Source: a virus (taxonomy: Duplodnaviria > Heunggongvirae > Uroviricota > Caudoviricetes). Taken from it: a stretch of 64,000 nucleotides of DNA. This document shows positions 61,589 to 64,000 of the stretch, piece after piece (positions within the stretch are counted from its first letter, which is position 1; each line of letters starts with the position of its first letter). Both the position numbers and the translations under genes were made by a program. The notes under the pieces were generated by a model. That model did not search any database and was not told the DNA's origin. It saw only the letters and a list, made by a program, of their open reading frames with translations. The DNA lies in IMG/VR virus record IMGVR_UViG_3300042349_000541, positions 30,773 through 94,772 of that record; one strand, given 5' to 3'.

Positions 61589-63163
61589 ATGACTTTTAAG
61601 TATCTGAATCAAAAAACTTCTGTTCAAAATCCTATCGTCGGTCGCAAGGAAATGGTTCAAACCAACGGCGGCGGTTACGCTTTCAAGATTGACGATCTTC
61701 AAATTCTTGACAGATTTTTGAGTCTTGGAGCTACTTCCGGTACTTATTATATGTCGAAAGAAAAAGTACAGTATACCAATACTGAAAATATTGTTTCGTG
61801 CGTTCAGTCTGCTCCTAATGAAACATTAAATAGAATCGTTGAAGTTTCCAGTAAGGGTCTTGCACATAAGAACGATCATGCTATTTATGCACTTGCGTTA
61901 GTTTTTGTTCATGGAGATAACTCTGTAAAAACTAGGGCCGTTGTAGAATTTAACAAGATTGTACGAACTGCTACTCACTTGTTTATGTTTTGTGCATTTA
62001 TTAAAGAGATGCGTGGTTTTGGTAAGCTTGTACGTCAAGCGATTAACAATTGGTATGTATCAAAAGATACTAAGTCTTTTGCATATCAGGTTTCTAAGTA
62101 TCAACAACGTGAAGGTTGGTCTCACAAAGACGTATTTTGCCTGACTCACCCAAAGTTTGGTAAGACCACTAATATGAATAAGATTGCTAAGTGGGCTATG
62201 GGTAATTTGGATACTTCCAACCTAAAGCCTTCCGATGAAGGACTTGTTCTGTGTAAAGCAGTTGATGATGCAAAACACATCAAAAATGCTAAAGAATTAG
62301 TAGATCATATCTCGAATTATAAACTACAGAGAGAACATATTCCTACTGAATTTTTGAATAAGCCCGAGATTCAAGAAGCTTTGCTTCCGCATATGAACGC
62401 TACGGCACTTATCAGAAGTCTTTCGGTAATGACTGCTAGCGGGCTTATCTCGCCACTGTCTAAATCAACAAAGTATATTGTCGGCAGGCTAAATGATAAG
62501 GATTGGCTTAGAGGTCAAAGAATTCATCCACTTTCTATTCTAGTCGCAAATAGAATCTATGGGCAAGGCAGAGGAATGAAAGGTTCACTTACTTGGAATA
62601 CAGATAGAAATATTTTGGACGCACTAGAAAATGCTTTCTATAATGCTTTTGACGCTATCCAGCCTACTAATAAGAATTATATGTACGGAATTGATGTTTC
62701 GGGTTCGATGAGTTCCCATTTTAACGATACGCCATTGCGGTTCTGCGAGGTTGCAGCCGTTCTAGCGATGGCTCATGTGCGCACAGAGCCTTGGACATTC
62801 GTTGGCGGTTTTGCGAGCGGTTTTGTAGATTTAGGAATATCCTCCAAGGATACATTGAAGTCTGCTACTGAAAAATGCCTTAAGAATAATTTCGGATCGA
62901 CTAATCCTTCCGCAGTTCTTTCTTATGCCAAGCAAAATAAAATGGATGTTGATTGTTTCATAATTATCACAGATAACGAAGTTAATTCTGGTAATCACGT
63001 TTCGTCCGAACTTAAATCCAACTTCCCTAAGTCCAAGATGATTGTTTGCGGGCTTGCGGTAAATAACTTTAGCATTGCAGATCCTAAAAATCCTAACATG
63101 CTAGATATCGCTGGATTTTCCCCGGAAATCACTTCCGCTATTTCTTCGTTCGCACGCTCTTGA
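61589..63163 (+). CDS. rsr: Ro60/TROVE-domain RNA-binding protein (Rsr orthologue) with VWA domain
   Basis: NGGGYAF, LDRFLSLG, RTATHLF, KYQQREGWSHKD, TALIRSL, RIHP and MIDAS IDVSGSM. Confidence 0.93.
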   Translation: MTFKYLNQKTSVQNPIVGRKEMVQTNGGGYAFKIDDLQILDRFLSLGATSGTYYMSKEKVQYTNTENIVSCVQSAPNETLNRIVEVSSKGLAHKNDHAIYALALVFVHGDNSVKTRAVVEFNKIVRTATHLFMFCAFIKEMRGFGKLVRQAINNWYVSKDTKSFAYQVSKYQQREGWSHKDVFCLTHPKFGKTTNMNKIAKWAMGNLDTSNLKPSDEGLVLCKAVDDAKHIKNAKELVDHISNYKLQREHIPTEFLNKPEIQEALLPHMNATALIRSLSVMTASGLISPLSKSTKYIVGRLNDKDWLRGQRIHPLSILVANRIYGQGRGMKGSLTWNTDRNILDALENAFYNAFDAIQPTNKNYMYGIDVSGSMSSHFNDTPLRFCEVAAVLAMAHVRTEPWTFVGGFASGFVDLGISSKDTLKSATEKCLKNNFGSTNPSAVLSYAKQNKMDVDCFIIITDNEVNSGNHVSSELKSNFPKSKMIVCGLAVNNFSIADPKNPNMLDIAGFSPEITSAISSFARS

Positions 63164-63220
63164 CAAATGCTGATCTCGTGTTAAAATAGCCAGAGAACAA
63201 CTCTCTGGCTTTATTTTTTT

Positions 63221-63691
63221 ATGGAGACTACTGTGGAACTAATTATTTTTTTTATTATTCTTTCTCCTGTTATAGCAGCTCTGTATGTATCGTATCAAGC
63301 GAAGGACGGAAAATCTCAAGGATTCACACATAAACATGAGCCGGTAAAATATGTTACGCCAGAGCAGCTTATGCTTAGAAATACCTACATTCGTGCTTTA
63401 GATGGGGATTGGCGTGCCAGAGAATGGCTGACAAAGAACTTTTTTGATGCGGATAAACTTAAGGAGGAAAACAAGAAAAAGCCTCAAAAGCCAAAACCTA
63501 AAAAGCAAAATACTCCTAAGAAAAACACTACTCCGAGCGATAATAAGCAAAAGCTTATAGTTTCTGAGGCTGTGTCGGCTTTAATCACTCTTGGTCACTC
63601 TCCCACACAAGCTAAAATAATTGTCCAAAACAAGCTTTCGGAAAAAGTATATAAATCAACAGAGGAATTAATTACAGATGTATACGGATAG
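63221..63691 (+). CDS. Membrane-anchored protein with a RuvA C-terminal-like domain
   Basis: N-terminal TM helix; C-terminal SEAVSALITLGHSPTQAKIIV; promoter at 63160. Confidence 0.55.
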   Translation: METTVELIIFFIILSPVIAALYVSYQAKDGKSQGFTHKHEPVKYVTPEQLMLRNTYIRALDGDWRAREWLTKNFFDADKLKEENKKKPQKPKPKKQNTPKKNTTPSDNKQKLIVSEAVSALITLGHSPTQAKIIVQNKLSEKVYKSTEELITDVYG

Positions 63692-63917
63692 AGAAGTAAA
63701 TATAATATATGGATTATTTAGTACGTATTTTACAAATGTAAAAATAATCAACGAAGAAACCTCGCTAACAGTTTTTTTTGATGAAGTAGATTACGAAGAA
63801 ATGAAAAGAAAAATTGAAGATCAAGAACTGTTGGATGCGATAGGAATAACTTTAAAAGTAAACGGAATTAAATTTAGCACCTTTACTCTTACTCTAAATT
63901 TTTGCCAAATAATATGA
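63678..63917 (+). CDS. Hypothetical protein
   Basis: 79-aa ORF; a further ORF starts at 63914 and runs off the window. Confidence 0.6.
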   Translation: MYTDREVNIIYGLFSTYFTNVKIINEETSLTVFFDEVDYEEMKRKIEDQELLDAIGITLKVNGIKFSTFTLTLNFCQII

Positions 63918-64000
63918 AAACAGCAGATATTTTTATACTTAAATCTAATCACAATAACGAAGCAGCCTTTCACGAAGAAACTTCTTATTACAACGTTAAC

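Noticed and set aside
1-64000. Alternative genetic code (stop codon reassignment)
   Set aside because: Long conserved genes are intact in code 11, coding density is high and no suppressor tRNA was seen.
1-64000. Diversity-generating retroelement or retron
   Set aside because: No reverse transcriptase motifs and no template/variable repeat pair differing at adenines were seen.

Overview
This is 64 kb of a large tailed dsDNA phage genome (Caudoviricetes; a Planctomycetota host is a weak inference). 1-22351 (minus strand) is the packaging and morphogenesis arm. In transcription order it carries a sigma factor, a possible small terminase, GDP-mannose 4,6-dehydratase, HNH, ClpP-like and ERCC4-like genes, a large terminase with a 385-aa LAGLIDADG intein, portal, prohead protease/scaffold, head decoration, major capsid, neck/tail genes and the start of the tape measure protein. 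From about 22970 transcription is mostly on the plus strand. It opens with an array of 15 copies of a 21-bp hairpin repeat (GGGCCGAC-NNN-GTCGGYCTCG), most followed by a sigma70-type promoter, one gene and often a terminator. About 90 small accessory ORFs follow, driven by many TTGACA-N16-TAWAAT promoters. The window holds 7 canonical tRNA genes and about 8 tRNA-shaped RNAs with altered or expanded anticodon arms, plus other structured ncRNA candidates. The most striking locus is a Ro60/TROVE gene directly preceded by two tRNA-like RNAs. Their anticodon arm is replaced by a bulged-C helix capped by an identical 16-nt loop, which suggests circularly permuted Y-RNA/YrlA-like RNAs. All calls come from reading the sequence by eye; no searches or folding programs were run.
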